Positions 39,172 to 52,029 of a DNA stretch of 64,000 bases are shown here, piece by piece. Made by a program: the position numbers and the translations under genes. Numbering within the stretch: position 1 is the stretch's first letter; each line of letters starts with the position of its first letter. The notes under the pieces were generated by a model. It was not told the origin of the DNA. It did no database searches and worked only from the letters and a program-made list of their open reading frames with translations. Origin of the DNA: Octopus sinensis (taxonomy: Eukaryota); contig NC_043008.1 of the NCBI RefSeq assembly GCF_006345805.1, positions 41,230,001 to 41,294,000 of the forward strand, in the 5' to 3' direction.

Positions 39172-39216
39172 GACACCTGAAGAAGGCTGGAGGTATATCA
39201 GCCGAAACTTTGTATT
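39172..39216 (+). ncRNA. Minimal type I hammerhead ribozyme motif (degenerate) in a short pLTR-like repeat (~39118-39300)
   Basis: GACAC-CTGAAGA-A-GGCTG GAGGTATAT CAGCC-GAAA-CT-T-T-GTATT. Perfect 5-bp stem II; stem I GACAC/GTATT has one mismatch and one G.U. Followed by a (GTAAATAAT)n tail. Confidence 0.6.
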
Positions 39217-39929
39217 AACAACAAACAAGATGAGGATAACAATCCGTTCAATTTAAATAATGTAAATAATGTAAATAATGAAAATAATGTAAATAATGCA
39301 TAGAATTCCTCATGTCTTAAATATAGAATTGAATCATTGAAATGTTTTATTTTTCAGTCTCCTGATAGTTAACAACTGGCGCGGATAGTATATTCTATAT
39401 TTGAATCATTTTGATCCGGATGAAATGGTTCTGAAATCGTGAAGCCTGCGCAGCTTTTTTAATTTATCAGCAACTCCGTTAATTTTAAAGACATTGAATT
39501 CGCGAATTTAGCCAAATTCATTGTTGGAAGTGGTGTGACTAATGTTTTGGACCTCCACAATGTCAAGATTACACGCAGAATTCTTAGACTATTAATGTTT
39601 GGAGAACGAAAGAGTTGAAGATATTGTTTGCGTAAGGGAAGATAAAGGTCTACTTACATGTCTCTTAACAGCTGTCAATGAATGCAGAGAATTTCCTGGC
39701 TTTGGGTAAAAGAAAATACAGGAGGATCAGTTAATTCTGATTTCATTCAACATTTTCACCTTTCATATTGCAATGGTGCGTCAGTTCTTTAAGCCCTTTA
39801 AAAGTACAAGGGAGACTGGGCCTCCAACCAGGCCTTTCGCGAATCCCTTAAAGCCAGGATCTTTACAGCAACCTTCGTAAAAGCGGCAAGCGCGAACAAT
39901 TTTTAACGCGTCATGCCAAACATGCTTAT

Positions 39930-40090
39930 CAGCATTTCGTCCATCTTTATGTTCTGAGTTCAAATTCCGCCGAAGCCTTCCTTTTATCCTTTCTATAAAA
40001 TATGTAGCATTTGAGCAGAGGGTTTGATGTAATTGACTTACGCCCTTTCATGTAATTCCTGCCGTTGAGCCAAAATTTGAAACCAATATT
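39930..40090 (+). mobile_element. SINE family C, decayed
   Basis: ATTTCGTCCATCTTTATGTTCTGAGTTCAAATTCCGCCGA...TTGATGTAATTGACT matches 60581-60796. Confidence 0.7.
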
Positions 40091-40427
40091 TCGAGCAAGA
40101 TGAATATCCCATTCTAGAGATGCAACGTAAGCGTGAATGTGGACTAGCTTCAGATAGACGACCAGTCAGCAGCTGACAGATGTCTGAATAATATATCAAC
40201 ACCGTGAGCGTTTTGGCAATTTTAAAAATTTAGTTAGTCCACGGATGATCGTTGTTGAATCTGAAAATAATGCCTAGGTCACGTTCACCATTAAGATTTT
40301 TTTCTTTGTGTATTACGTTTCAGAATACTTAGTTTTTCTACAAGCAGTTGGAATAACCAGACAGCAATCCTCTGCAGACTGCACATATATATTACATATT
40401 AAACACACACACAAGCATATATTATAT

Positions 40428-40459
<32 letters not shown>

Positions 40460-40562
40460 ATATATATATATATATTATATATATACGCATATTATACAAT
40501 ATACATTATACACATAATATACCATATATATACATATATATATTACATATATATATACACAC

Positions 40563-40605
<43 letters not shown>

Positions 40606-41619
40606 GCATATTATACATATATACATATATACACATATATATACACATATATATACATATATATACATATATATATATATATACATATATATATAACATA
40701 TATATATCAGAGAAAGAGAGAGAGATAGAAGGGGGTGAGAGAGATATAGAAGGAAAGAGAGCGTGAGAAATACAGACAACCGATGTCTAGGTAATGCCAA
40801 CTAATGTAGTATTCAGATTTCTGTTTGGCTGAAAGCCATGACATATGAAATGGAACACTATGTTTTCATCGTTAATCACTTTGCAACGAAACAATACATA
40901 AGAAAAATATAACAATAAGTAGAATTTATTTATTTTATGTTTACAGAAGGATATTATTTGGTTTGGCTTTTACTATATTTTATTATATCTTATTGCTATT
41001 GAAATAGGTAAATCTTAGCATTTTCTAGACTAATCGATCACATGCAAGTCTGAAATTTGAACTCGTAAATAACTGTTTTATTTGTAGAAATAAACATAGT
41101 AATTTATGAAGTTACCTCATATTACTAGTTTATAATTATGTAATATTTTAGACCATAAGTGAATATCTCTTGGTGTGTGGTTTCTCATGATTTGTATATC
41201 ATATTTGATTTAACATTTACATGATAAGTTGAAGCTGATGGTGTTTATCATTCGTGATTACATTTGCAATTATATTTTCTACCACTGGTACAAGTCCTGA
41301 AGATTTGAGGGGATGTCAAGTAGAAGACATCGACCTCAGTGTATTTTTTGTATTTATTGTAGCGAATTTGCAGGGTGTTTAGCTCAACGTAAAGTGCCAT
41401 TTTGTTTGTTGATTGGATTGTACCAGTTCGTCACCGCTCCTTTGTAATAACCTCCTGTCCTTACGCTTTGTAAGTTAACGAAGTACATTATCTTTCCACG
41501 CCGACTATTAGATCACATGAAATTAACCGTAAGCCGGAAACATAATAACGCTAACTATTTTGTCCAACGATTCTGTATGCTCACCACCTTAAATGTTTCA
41601 AATTTTGACGCCAATTTAA

Positions 41620-41795
41620 GATGTGTGGGGGAGTAGACCTCATCGGCCCCAGTGCTGAACTGGTAGTTATCTCAACGATCTCGAAATAATAAATCTCAAA
41701 TTTGACCACGCCAGCATTTGAACTGAGAATGTTAAAGAGCGAAAAAGAAATAATTCAGCATTTTGTTCGATGAGTCTATGGTGCGCCAGCACGCT
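41620..41795 (-). mobile_element. SINE family C, strongly decayed
   Basis: CATCGGCCCCAGTGCTGAACTGGTA...ATTTGAACTGAGAATGT aligns with the reverse complement of family C. Confidence 0.55.
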
Positions 41796-43387
41796 GTCTA
41801 ATTACAATAATACATTATAACATTATCAGAGATCAAACTAACTTTACAGAAGTAATATTCGATTCTGTTGAATCAGTACATATCTGTTCTATATTTCATC
41901 CACCCTGGATGAAACCGAAAGCATAGCTGTCTGCAAGGAGATTTCTAGGTTTGCAAGCACTCCGTATTATCGACTTCCCTACTGAGCTTAGCACATTTCA
42001 TATTGACAAACTTTGTTTTGTTTCACGGTTCCTCGCAGAAGCACTACAGTCAAATTTAATAGATTAGTAAACTAAATTCTGACGTTATTGGTTTACACTA
42101 CGGTCCATCTATCCAACTTGATAATAAAGCATCAAAATAATTGCGTTATCAATATATCTCCACGGAATATATCCAATTGATCTCACTGCATGAAAGGTAA
42201 AGTTATGGAATCAAGTACATGAAAAATAAATTTTGTTTCCTTTAATTTTGCTTTGGAATTTGCTAGCGTTAGACTATATTATTAAGTAGAATTCCATATC
42301 AATAGTTTTCAATATATAGCATGATATTATAAAAAACATTCTATGGAATTCGATGAAACATTGTCAGTGCGCGTTGTGGAAATGGGGTTCCGTAATCCTC
42401 CTGCCTTATACTGATAACATTAGTATCCTCGCCTTACATTTACAGCTCACCAGAGTAGCAATATGAAACAGTACATAAAAACAAGAGCTCAAAAGTTTGA
42501 TGTAACAGGGCACTTCTGTTTCGTCAGGTCAACTGCAGAAGACCCTTACTACGTTATTTTATCTACTTCAAGTTTCATATTAAAGTTTAAATTGAAGAGA
42601 TTTGTTAGTTTCCAAACATCGATGATGAAAACAGAATTTGATCCTTTGCTTTGCTATATCGTATTGTGTCAAATAATTCTACAATACAGTTCCCAATGTG
42701 ATGCAATTCTAATTTTCGGTATTTTCGAATTCCGCAATGAATGTTACAAAAAGCAAACGGAATTAAAATACCAAATATATTCTAAAATAGTTGATAAATC
42801 CAACTTTCTATGCATACACATATATAATTTTCGCGTTCTACTCAGAAAGAATATAGATTGCTTATAATTTGTAGGGATCCTGTTATCAGCTGTTAGGGAG
42901 TACAAATATATAGAGAAATTGACTAAATAATCGTTTGTTCTTTTTGTTGGTATAATACAAAGTTCAACTTCCATAAGGAAACAGTTTGTGAAATGAATAT
43001 ATTATATGGGGAGGGAGAGAAATGGTGTCGGGGAAGATGAATCTTCTAAAGGCATAAAATATTTTTGTTTTACAAAAGAGGACATTCGCTTTATGTCAGA
43101 AAAAGATAGGTCGCCTAATATATAAGCTTGTGGAAGTTATCGAGATACATTTAAATATGTTCCTGAAAGCAAGGCTTTATACTCGACAGTGTGGTGTTCA
43201 AATACTGGCCACATTATTATGAAATACACGCATTAGTATACGAAACGAATTGGTAAAGCAAATGTTATGGCTTACTGAAATAAATCCAATTTAGTGTATG
43301 AATTTATCGATTCTTTCTCGAAGTAATGAGAGCAAATCAACATCCATATGACTTCAACGTGATTTAAGTGTAGACAGTGGGAGAAAG

Positions 43388-43600
43388 TAATCCTTTCTAC
43401 TTTAGACACAAGGCCTGAAATTGTGGGGGTAGGGTAATAGTCGATTAAATCGACCCCAGGGATTCACTGGTATTTTACAGACCCCGAAAGGATGAAAGGC
43501 AAAGTCGACATCGGTGGAATTTGAACTCGGAACTTAGCGGTGGGGGAAATACCGCTAAGCATTTCGTCCAGCGTGCTAGCGATTCTGCCCGCTCGGCGCC
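43388..43600 (-). mobile_element. tRNA-derived SINE, family C, full length
   Basis: Reverse complement GGCGCCGAGCGGGCAGAATCGCTAGCACGC...GAGTTCAAATTCC...GTCGACTTTGCCTTTCATCCTTTCGGGGTC...GGGGTCGATTTAATCGAC; matches 60581-60796. Confidence 0.88.
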
Positions 43601-43689
43601 CTAAAGTGGTAGAAAGTAAGCCATACTAATGACCTATCTCTCGTACTTTCCCTTTCTTTTCATGTCTGTCTTTATATATCTTATTAGCT

Positions 43690-43910
43690 TTTATGTTTTA
43701 TTTGTTTCGGCCATTAGACTGCGGCCATGCTGGAGCACTGCATTTACTTTTTAGTTGAATGAACAACCCCAGTAGTTAATTTTTAAGCCTGGTACTTATT
43801 TTATCGTGTTATTTTTGCGGATTGCTAATTTACGTGGATACAAACACACCTACAACGGTAGTCAAGCAATTGCGGGGAAGGCAAACACAGACACAAACAC
43901 ACACGAACAC
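43690..43910 (-). mobile_element. SINE family A, decayed 3' half
   Basis: GACTGCGGCCATGCTGGAGCAC...GGTACTTATT...AAACACACC...CAAACACAGACAC. Confidence 0.75.
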
Positions 43911-44066
43911 AAACACACAAATATATATGCTTGTGTGTAGGTATGTCTTTGTATCTGTGTTTGGCCTCGCCACAATTACTTGACTACAGTGTATCCCCTT
44001 AACTTAGCGATTCCGCATAAAAAGAAGCCGATAATATACGTGTATATATATATAATATATGTGGGT

Positions 44067-44100
<34 letters not shown>

Positions 44101-45866
44101 TGTGTGTGTGTGTCTGTGTGTCTGTGCATGTATATATATATATATATATAATAATATATGTGTGTGTGTGGTGTTGTGTGTGTGTGTGTGTATTCTCACA
44201 TATCTATATGCAAGCGTACACATGTGTGTATCTGTACGCGTATGTGCGTGTGAGTTTGCCATCTTTAGATTTGCTGTCAAGCAAACTGTACCATCTTAGC
44301 ATGCATAGGCAAACGCGAAGAGTGATAATATATGTAAGTCATAATTATAATTTTTGTGTATCAAGAACCAATCGAAGGTGTCGTGCCGTCGTAAACGCAG
44401 TCTAATCGATAACGCAAATCATGGAGCAATAGGTCGAATATACATGTTTGTGTGTGTGTGTATGTGTGTATGTGTGTGTGTATGTGTGTGTGTGTTTCTG
44501 TGTGTGTATGGGTGAGTATGCTCACGTGCGTGTGTGTGTATAACTTTATGCACAAGAAATTGCATAGAAATTTAATTATGTCAGAGTTTGAAACAAAGGA
44601 AAGACTTACAGGTCAGAAGTATTTATTCACACATTTTCCATGGAAGGTTAAATCGTTGATAATAGTTTTGATGCCAATGTAAATGTCTCTAGCAGAATGC
44701 GATACAGGAATATATCTGGAGCTCTATATATCTCAGCAACTCAAACAAACGTTCCTAAAGTACATTTTGGCTAGTGAATATAATGTACGTATGTGCGTGC
44801 CTGTGTGTGGGTTTGTGTTTGCGTGTGTGTGTTTGCATACAGACACACACACACACTCACACACATATATATGTAATCTATTTATTTCGGTGTGATTATA
44901 CGAGGTGTTTAGTGCCCTAGATAACATAATGAATTATACAGTATGGTACAAAAGAAAAGAAACTTTACTTTCCAAATTGCATTACTGCATAGAAACACGG
45001 AACAGTAGACAGAATAGTTTACCAAAGACAGACGAAAGTTACATATAATTATTCGTTAACGTTAAACTACTCAAGTGATATAGAACAATCCAGAATAGAA
45101 TAGATTCCAACATTGCGTAGTTTAAGGTGCAGACGATAAATGCTACTAAAAGCGGACCATCATGTGATTACATGGCATTTTCCGATTCATTTTACTTATC
45201 TGCTGACAGATTCTTTTTATATAAACAACGCCTAATCATTGTCAGTAGTTATTTTAAGGCACCATTTCGTTCTAATTTGTTGAGAATCATTTACTTCCAG
45301 CTCGTATTTTCATTCCATTAAGATATCCGTTTTCAATAAATACATAAAAGTAATGTGTCTGACTTTCTTCACCGAGCAAATGTATTAACTGTAGCGTGAC
45401 TCAAACCACAAATCATCGAAAGCAATAGCATTTCATACCGGGGGATTTCTAAACTAAATCATTTTCGATGTTTCATGAGAAGAAATTCAGAGAGCAAAGT
45501 GCAGAGAAGAAGCTGAGCGGATAAATGTGTGCGTAAAATTCACATGTGGAGTTTTGTCGAAAGTTTCCGGACAAACGAATGCATAATCCACTTGATTCAG
45601 TTTCGAATTTATATATCTGAGGCTGTGTTAATATCACTAGAAAAGATGCTATGCTTCGTCAGCAGAACGTATTGTCCTTCTATACATACGTTGTTATTAC
45701 TATAGCTGAGCAGTTATTTATTCGTGTAATGGGTATATGCATATTATCTTTATATCTAGGAAGATATATAATCTCAGGTGCATAGAAACACACGCACACA
45801 CACACACACATATATTGATGTTGGCTTTTATTTTTAGGTATAATTAAAACAATTTTATATTATATA

Positions 45867-46290
45867 GGCGTAGGAGTGGCTGTGTGGTAAGTAGCTTGCT
45901 TACCAGCCACATGGTTCCGGGTTCAGTCCCACTGCGTGGCACCTTGGGCGAGTGTCTTCTACTATAGCTTCGGGCCGACCAAAGCCTTGTGAGTGGATTT
46001 GGGAGACGGAAACTGAAAAAAGCCCGTCGTATATATGTATATATATATATGTGTGTGTGTGAGTGTGTGTGTGTGTGTATGTGTGTGCATATGTTTGTGT
46101 GTCTGTGTTTGTCCCCCCCAACATCGCTTGACAACCGATGCTGGTGTGTTTACGTCACCGTAACTTAGCGTTTCGGCAAAAGTGAACCGATAGAATAAGT
46201 ACTAAGCTTACAAAGAATAAGTCTGGGGTCGATTTGCTCGATTAAAGGTGGTGCTCCAGCATGGCCACAGTCAAATGACGAAAACAAATA
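45867..46290 (+). mobile_element. SINE family A, full length
   Basis: Colinear with 13374-13745. Confidence 0.95.
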
Positions 46291-47499
46291 ACAGAGATTA
46301 TAATAGAGATTATTAATTTGATGGGTTACTCAATACTTTCGTAGTGTACAAATTTATTATTCTTATACAAGAATGTTGTTGGCAGTGACTTCGAAGTGTT
46401 GGTCAGCTAAGCCATTATGCAGAACCAGGACACAACATGATTTTCAGTTTCTTGATCATACGATCTTCCTATATTGTGTTCGATATGAACTCGCTTCTCA
46501 ACATTAAAATTTATACCTCATCTCCTTTCTCCAATGCGATATGTCTAATTGTGTACCCCACTCTGGCCTGCTCGTTATCATGTGCTGGACAGGCTGTCTA
46601 AACTTGGTTAAGTGATGTGCCCCTTGTTGATATCTCTCTCCACCAGTTACTACAATGCCTAAGACTGTGTAGGGTACCTTCAAATATCGAACTACCTATG
46701 GTTTCTGTGGTGGATGTTTACAAGCATAGGAGTAGATATACTGTGTCGGGTAAGAGTCTCTGATGTTAAGGGTGCGATACGCATGAACGAACAGTAAAGA
46801 TGTTTAAAATTGAGTGTATCATACATATCTTCCATCAACTGTAATAGACCATATGATAAGGCGAGCCAAAATCATAAATATAAGAATACTAAGACAAAAC
46901 AAAACGACACACATGTATTGAATTATATTAATATATGGCTTCTAGAAGGAATGATACATGCAATATTATTTTTTTAAAGTAATAGTGTTGTAAAAATTAA
47001 ACCAGCATGGAAGGGAGTCTATATTCACATGCAAATGTAAAATAAAAGACAGCTTCAGACATTAACGATGTATTAAATGTTGTTAAATTCAACAACAGAA
47101 ACTAAAGTCAAAGCTTTGAAGAAACAAAAGACGGAATTTGTCTTAACATGTCCGAAAATTCAGTATTTAATATTTAATTTAAACAGGAAAAATGTTTCAA
47201 AATATCGAAAAAAAATTACCTGTCAGCACTGAAGATTTATCTGTTAATAGCTGGCTCTAGATATGGACAGTAAGAAAGAGGTCGCATTAAATTAATCAAG
47301 TCCAGCGTGCTTTTAAGTTCCGTTAAGCTAAGTCACAGACAATACGTAGATGTATATGAAAAACAGATGAGTATTATCAGTAATAGTATAAATATTAAAC
47401 ATAGATATATAATTGAATATGTATTAATATATTACAAGAAGTGGATGCAGAAAAATAACCATATGTATATATGTAAGAATATTTTAGAAAACTTTTTTA

Positions 47500-48090
47500 A
47501 TATTCTTTAACTCTTTAACTAGCTTCAGCTCGAAAACTGCACCATCTCGCACTTTCTAATATGTATCATTTGGTGAAGGAGCGAGGTTGATACTATTGCA
47601 CTCATCTATGTTTCCTACCAAGAGGTAGGCTCATCCGGAACTCTTGATAGAGACATGCAGTATACTTTTCCAGATAATGATCTCCACCCCATGCAGGTCT
47701 CTCAGGCTTTTGGGGAGGATATTAAGAATATGTGAAACCTTGAAACCGAAGCTGATGCAGTAACTGGTCCTGTATATTGACGGCAATGTTCAGATATCTG
47801 GCACTCTACAGTGGTACCCAGTCCTGCTATTTATGTACCTTTGAATGTGAAAGTTTGGAGCTAAATTCTTCCATAAATTACCAGATGTACATCACTGCAT
47901 ATATTTCTCGCCTTCGTTCTGGAGAAGAGAGTCTGAACTTCTTTAGCGTTTCCCAAAAGCTAACTCGTTACATCGAGACGATCTTCTTTGAGTAGCGTCG
48001 TTGGATTCCTTCGAGTTCCACCGTTAACTTTACACTGTGTGTTGTCTGTAAGTTTATAAGCATTACTGAATGGCAAAAATCAATAGTCCA
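47500..48090 (-). mobile_element. CR1/L2-group LINE, decayed 3' end of ORF2
   Basis: VELEGIQRRYSKKI..M*RVSFWETLKKFRLSSPERRREIYAVMYIW...RTGYHCRVP...FNILPKSLRDL...SRVPDEPT, i.e. the LE.IQRR.TK.I...Y.ERL..L.L.SLERRR pattern. Confidence 0.75.
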
Positions 48091-48370
48091 GTCGTTAGTT
48101 CCCGTTCAATACTTCATAGAATTATTACTTTACTTCTCTATTTGTATATGATATTTGACAATATAACAACATCTCCAACAAGTTGTAGATGTGAAATGAC
48201 CACATCATACCAACACCCTTAATTACAAAATCATGAACACCTTTGAAAATGTGAAACCCTTTGACCGCTTGAACATATCTGCATTTTTGGAGATTATCAG
48301 GCTTTAACATAAACGCGCTTTTGTGGCCATTATTTTTTTACTATATATATATATTATATATACGCAATAT

Positions 48371-48401
<31 letters not shown>

Positions 48402-48410
48402 GTGTGCCTG

Positions 48411-48510
48411 TTTGTGTGTGTATATCACGTTTCTAAAAAAAATGATTGAAGCACTAAATCAATAACTATCCAAAATTCTGACTACTTCTTTCCTTTCTTT
48501 CTTCTCTCTC

Positions 48511-48557
<47 letters not shown>

Positions 48558-48571
48558 CTGTATAATATATA

Positions 48572-48611
<40 letters not shown>

Positions 48612-48740
48612 GCTGTTTGTGTGTATATCACGTTTCTCAAAAAAAAATGATTGAAGCACTAAATCAATAACTATCCAAAATTCTGACTACTTATTTCCTT
48701 TCTCTCTCACTCACTCTCTCTCTCTCTCTCTTTCTCTCTC

Positions 48741-48780
<40 letters not shown>
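48411..48780 (+). repeat. Local direct duplication (~90-bp unique core plus microsatellites)
   Basis: GTATATCACGTTTCT(C)AAAAAAAATGATTGAAGCACTAAATCAATAACTATCCAAAATTCTGACTACTT occurs at ~48420 and ~48623. Confidence 0.9.
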
Positions 48781-48783
<3 letters not shown>

Positions 48784-50156
48784 ATATCTATACATAGTAT
48801 TGGTGTCTATATTGTCATTGACACACTTTACCTTTTTGTAAAGATAAACGCTCGCAACTCCATATATATTAAATATTAATACATACTGAATTATAAAAAA
48901 TGCATAACACTGAAAGCATTCATATATACATATGGTTATTTTTCTGCATCCACTTCTTGTAATATATTAATACATATTCAATTATATATCTATGTTTAAT
49001 ATTCATCCTATTACTGATATTACTCATCTGTTTTTCATATACATCTATGTATTGTCTGTGGCTTAGCTTAACAGAACTTAAAAGTACCTATATGGATTAT
49101 GGATATATTCCCCACTTTTACTCCTTTCTAACTACACCCTTTCTTTATTCTCTTTCACTTCCTCTTTCCTTCTCTCTCTCTCTCTCTCTCACTCATACCC
49201 CTTCTCTTTCTTTCCCCTCTCTCCCCTTCTCTCTTTCTGACTGTATTTGGTAGTTAATAGATGACAGCACTAGCTGCCAGATATGACAACATAAATTCGA
49301 CTTTGTTGCTTTTCTCAATTTCAATAATGAAATTACCGTTACTTACATTGTAACCAATAGAATTCGAGATAATTTTGTCACCCAGCATATACTTATGTAT
49401 TCAACAATTGAAGATAGTATACAACATAACTGCTTAAGAGAATCAACACTTCAATTATTTATTACATTTAGTAACTCCAACGTGTACACGTCCACTTCAG
49501 AAAACATATTTCCTAAAGAAACTATATATTACTTGAAATGACGTGAATCTCTAGAATGCCTCATATTTAGACATACCGGAATATATAAAATTTTAGTGAC
49601 ATTAGACAAACACAGGACCGCTAGTTCTATTGAGAGATACATCTCATGAATAATCGCAGAGAACTGTAAATGATGTCGTACAAGGCACACTTAACAGGGA
49701 AAGGGTGAAAAGTGTGTTGCGATTAAGACGTCACGGAAGCGTTGAGCATGATAAAGATATTTACTTTAGATGCGAAGAAAGATCGTAATGCGTATGGAAA
49801 AATTCGATTAACATAAATTATGCGTAACATATCAGAATCTTCTTCCTTTTACACGTTACGCTCATCAGAAATTTGATAAAACCTGTTCTTCGCTCATTAC
49901 CTAATACATACACGTTTACGCATACGCACAGCCACACACACACACACGCGCACACACACACACACAAACACACACACATATATATATATATCAATATAAA
50001 TAATAATAAAGAGTATGGATATGCGTACATCCACAAATTTTATTTTATACTTAAATACAGCGTATTATAATGACCTAAACGTTGTTGATAACCGTCAACT
50101 GGAACTCAACCGAAAATAAAAAGGTATCCTGCCGGATAATATATCTCACTATACCT

Positions 50157-50196
<40 letters not shown>

Positions 50197-50198
<2 letters not shown>

Positions 50199-50345
50199 GG
50201 AGATGCAGCACGGAATTTTGTTAGTGAACAGGTCGCGGTCTCAAAGCGACGATAGTAACTTGACAGATTTAAATGTTGAAGTGAATCTAATGGTTTTTGT
50301 GTTTCTTAAATTGCTTATAAATACATTCCACGCTTCAATTGCTTG
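50197..50345 (-). mobile_element. MITE-like family D, partial second copy
   Basis: Reverse complement matches ~13085-13210. Confidence 0.65.
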
Positions 50346-50368
50346 TATAAAATATATATATATATATA

Positions 50369-50784
50369 CAGTTGCGGCCAAAATGTTCAGAACTGCATTG
50401 TATAATTTTTTATCAAAGTAGTTGTATATTCTATAATTTTCACAGACAATAACTACATGCAGTCGAAGATGTCAGAGTGGGATTGAAGCTAAAGGGCTTC
50501 ACACTAAATATTAAATAATTCCAGTATTCTCTGTCATTTTTGATCACTTTGTTATTTTTTCAACCGTTCTGATCATTTTGGCCGGCATGGGTTTTGCAGT
50601 AAATCACTAAATCATCCATAAATGTTGTATTATCCTCTCAAATTACACTAAAATCTCAGGCAATAACACATAATATGGTATTTATTGTCTGTGAAAATTA
50701 TAGAATATAAAACTACTTTGATAAAAAATCATATTTACTTTTCTGACGAAAACAATGCCGTTCTGAACATTTTGGCCGCAACTG
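50369..50784. mobile_element. Tc1/mariner-type MITE, 416 bp, perfect 25-bp TIRs, TA flanks
   Basis: CAGTTGCGGCCAAAATGTTCAGAAC (50369-50393) and GTTCTGAACATTTTGGCCGCAACTG (50760-50784), each next to TA; no ORF. Confidence 0.92.
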
Positions 50785-50874
50785 TATATATATATATATG
50801 TGTATGTATGTATGTATGTATGTATGCATGTATGTATGTATGTATGTATGTATGTATGTTGTGTGTGTGTTTGT

Positions 50875-51260
50875 ACTCTTTCACTCTTTTACTTGTTGTT
50901 AAAATCATTTAACTGCGGCCACAATTGACCCCATGTCTTATTCTTTGTAATATATATATATTATTATATATATATATATATATAACATATATATGTGTGT
51001 GGATTTTGAACGTATGTACGTATGTATGTTTTATGTATTTGTGTGTCTCTGTTTCCCCCCATCATCACTCAACAACTGATTTTAGTGTGTCTAATTCGCC
51101 GTATATACGACGGGCTTCTGTGATTTTCCGACTACCAAATCCACTCACAAGGCTTTGGTCGACCCGATACTACAACAGAGGACACTTGCCCAAGTTGCCA
51201 CACACTGGAACTGAACCGGGAATCATGTGGTTACGAAGCAAGCTTCTTAACTCACACCTA
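50875..51260 (-). mobile_element. SINE family A with rearranged (inverted) middle segment
   Basis: The 3' end (50875-50950) and head (51103-51260) are on the minus strand; the middle module (51043-51092) is on the plus strand. Confidence 0.65.
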
Positions 51261-51289
51261 CTATTGTGCATATATATATATATATATTA

Positions 51290-51355
51290 ATATATAATAA
51301 TAATAATAGTAATAATAATAATAATAGCAATAACAATAATAATAATAATAATAAT

Positions 51356-51398
<43 letters not shown>

Positions 51399-51420
51399 TT
51401 AATAATAATAATAATAATAT
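51290..51420. repeat. (AAT)n microsatellite
   Basis: Direct reading. Confidence 0.95.
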
Positions 51421-51976
51421 GACAACACAAAAATGAATGACCCCTCGATATTATGTAAATTAGAGGAATTTATCTATAAGTATGAATATAATATGTGACA
51501 ACTAGTCGGTTGTCATAATAAACCTCCGAATTTCGGATAACGGAGTTGAATTCCGCTCCGGCGTCTCGTCATTAATTAAGACAAAACGCTATGTAAATAA
51601 CCGTTAAATTTATTCCAATGGGCATGGTGAAAGTAATACTTCATCATAGAATCCGTATACACACACACACATACATGTACGCATGTGTGTATATGTATGT
51701 ATATGTATATGCATATATGCTAGTATAGAACACTGCATATGTATATTCCCAAAGATATAGAAAGAGTAAGGGGATTAGCACACAATATTTTAATCGGAGC
51801 GAACTGTCCAACAGGATTATTACATATACTTAATGCAAATACGGAATGGTTTCTTTTGTAATTTGAAAACCTACAGTTGACTAAGATTTTTCATGAAATT
51901 TCTAGAAAAATTTATAACTCCGAAAACATGAATGAACTGCATACGCATATATGCATACCCAGACACATAGACAGGA

Positions 51977-52029
<53 letters not shown>

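Larger units (their letters stand above)
47310..49084. repeat. 164-bp inverted repeat (47310-47473 / 48921-49084), about 6 mismatches by eye
   Basis: CTTTTAAGTTCCGTTAAGCTAAGTCACAGAC...AACCATATGTATATATG versus the reverse complement of 48921-49084. Confidence 0.9.

Noticed and set aside
42463-42867. 134-aa ORF in non-repetitive DNA
   Set aside because: AT-biased composition, no recognisable domain and no convincing splice boundaries; compatible with chance.
46400-46790. Possible RTE endonuclease relic on the minus strand (RIA.L...TL, VLGIV)
   Set aside because: Only short motif echoes across several frameshifts; insufficient without a profile search.
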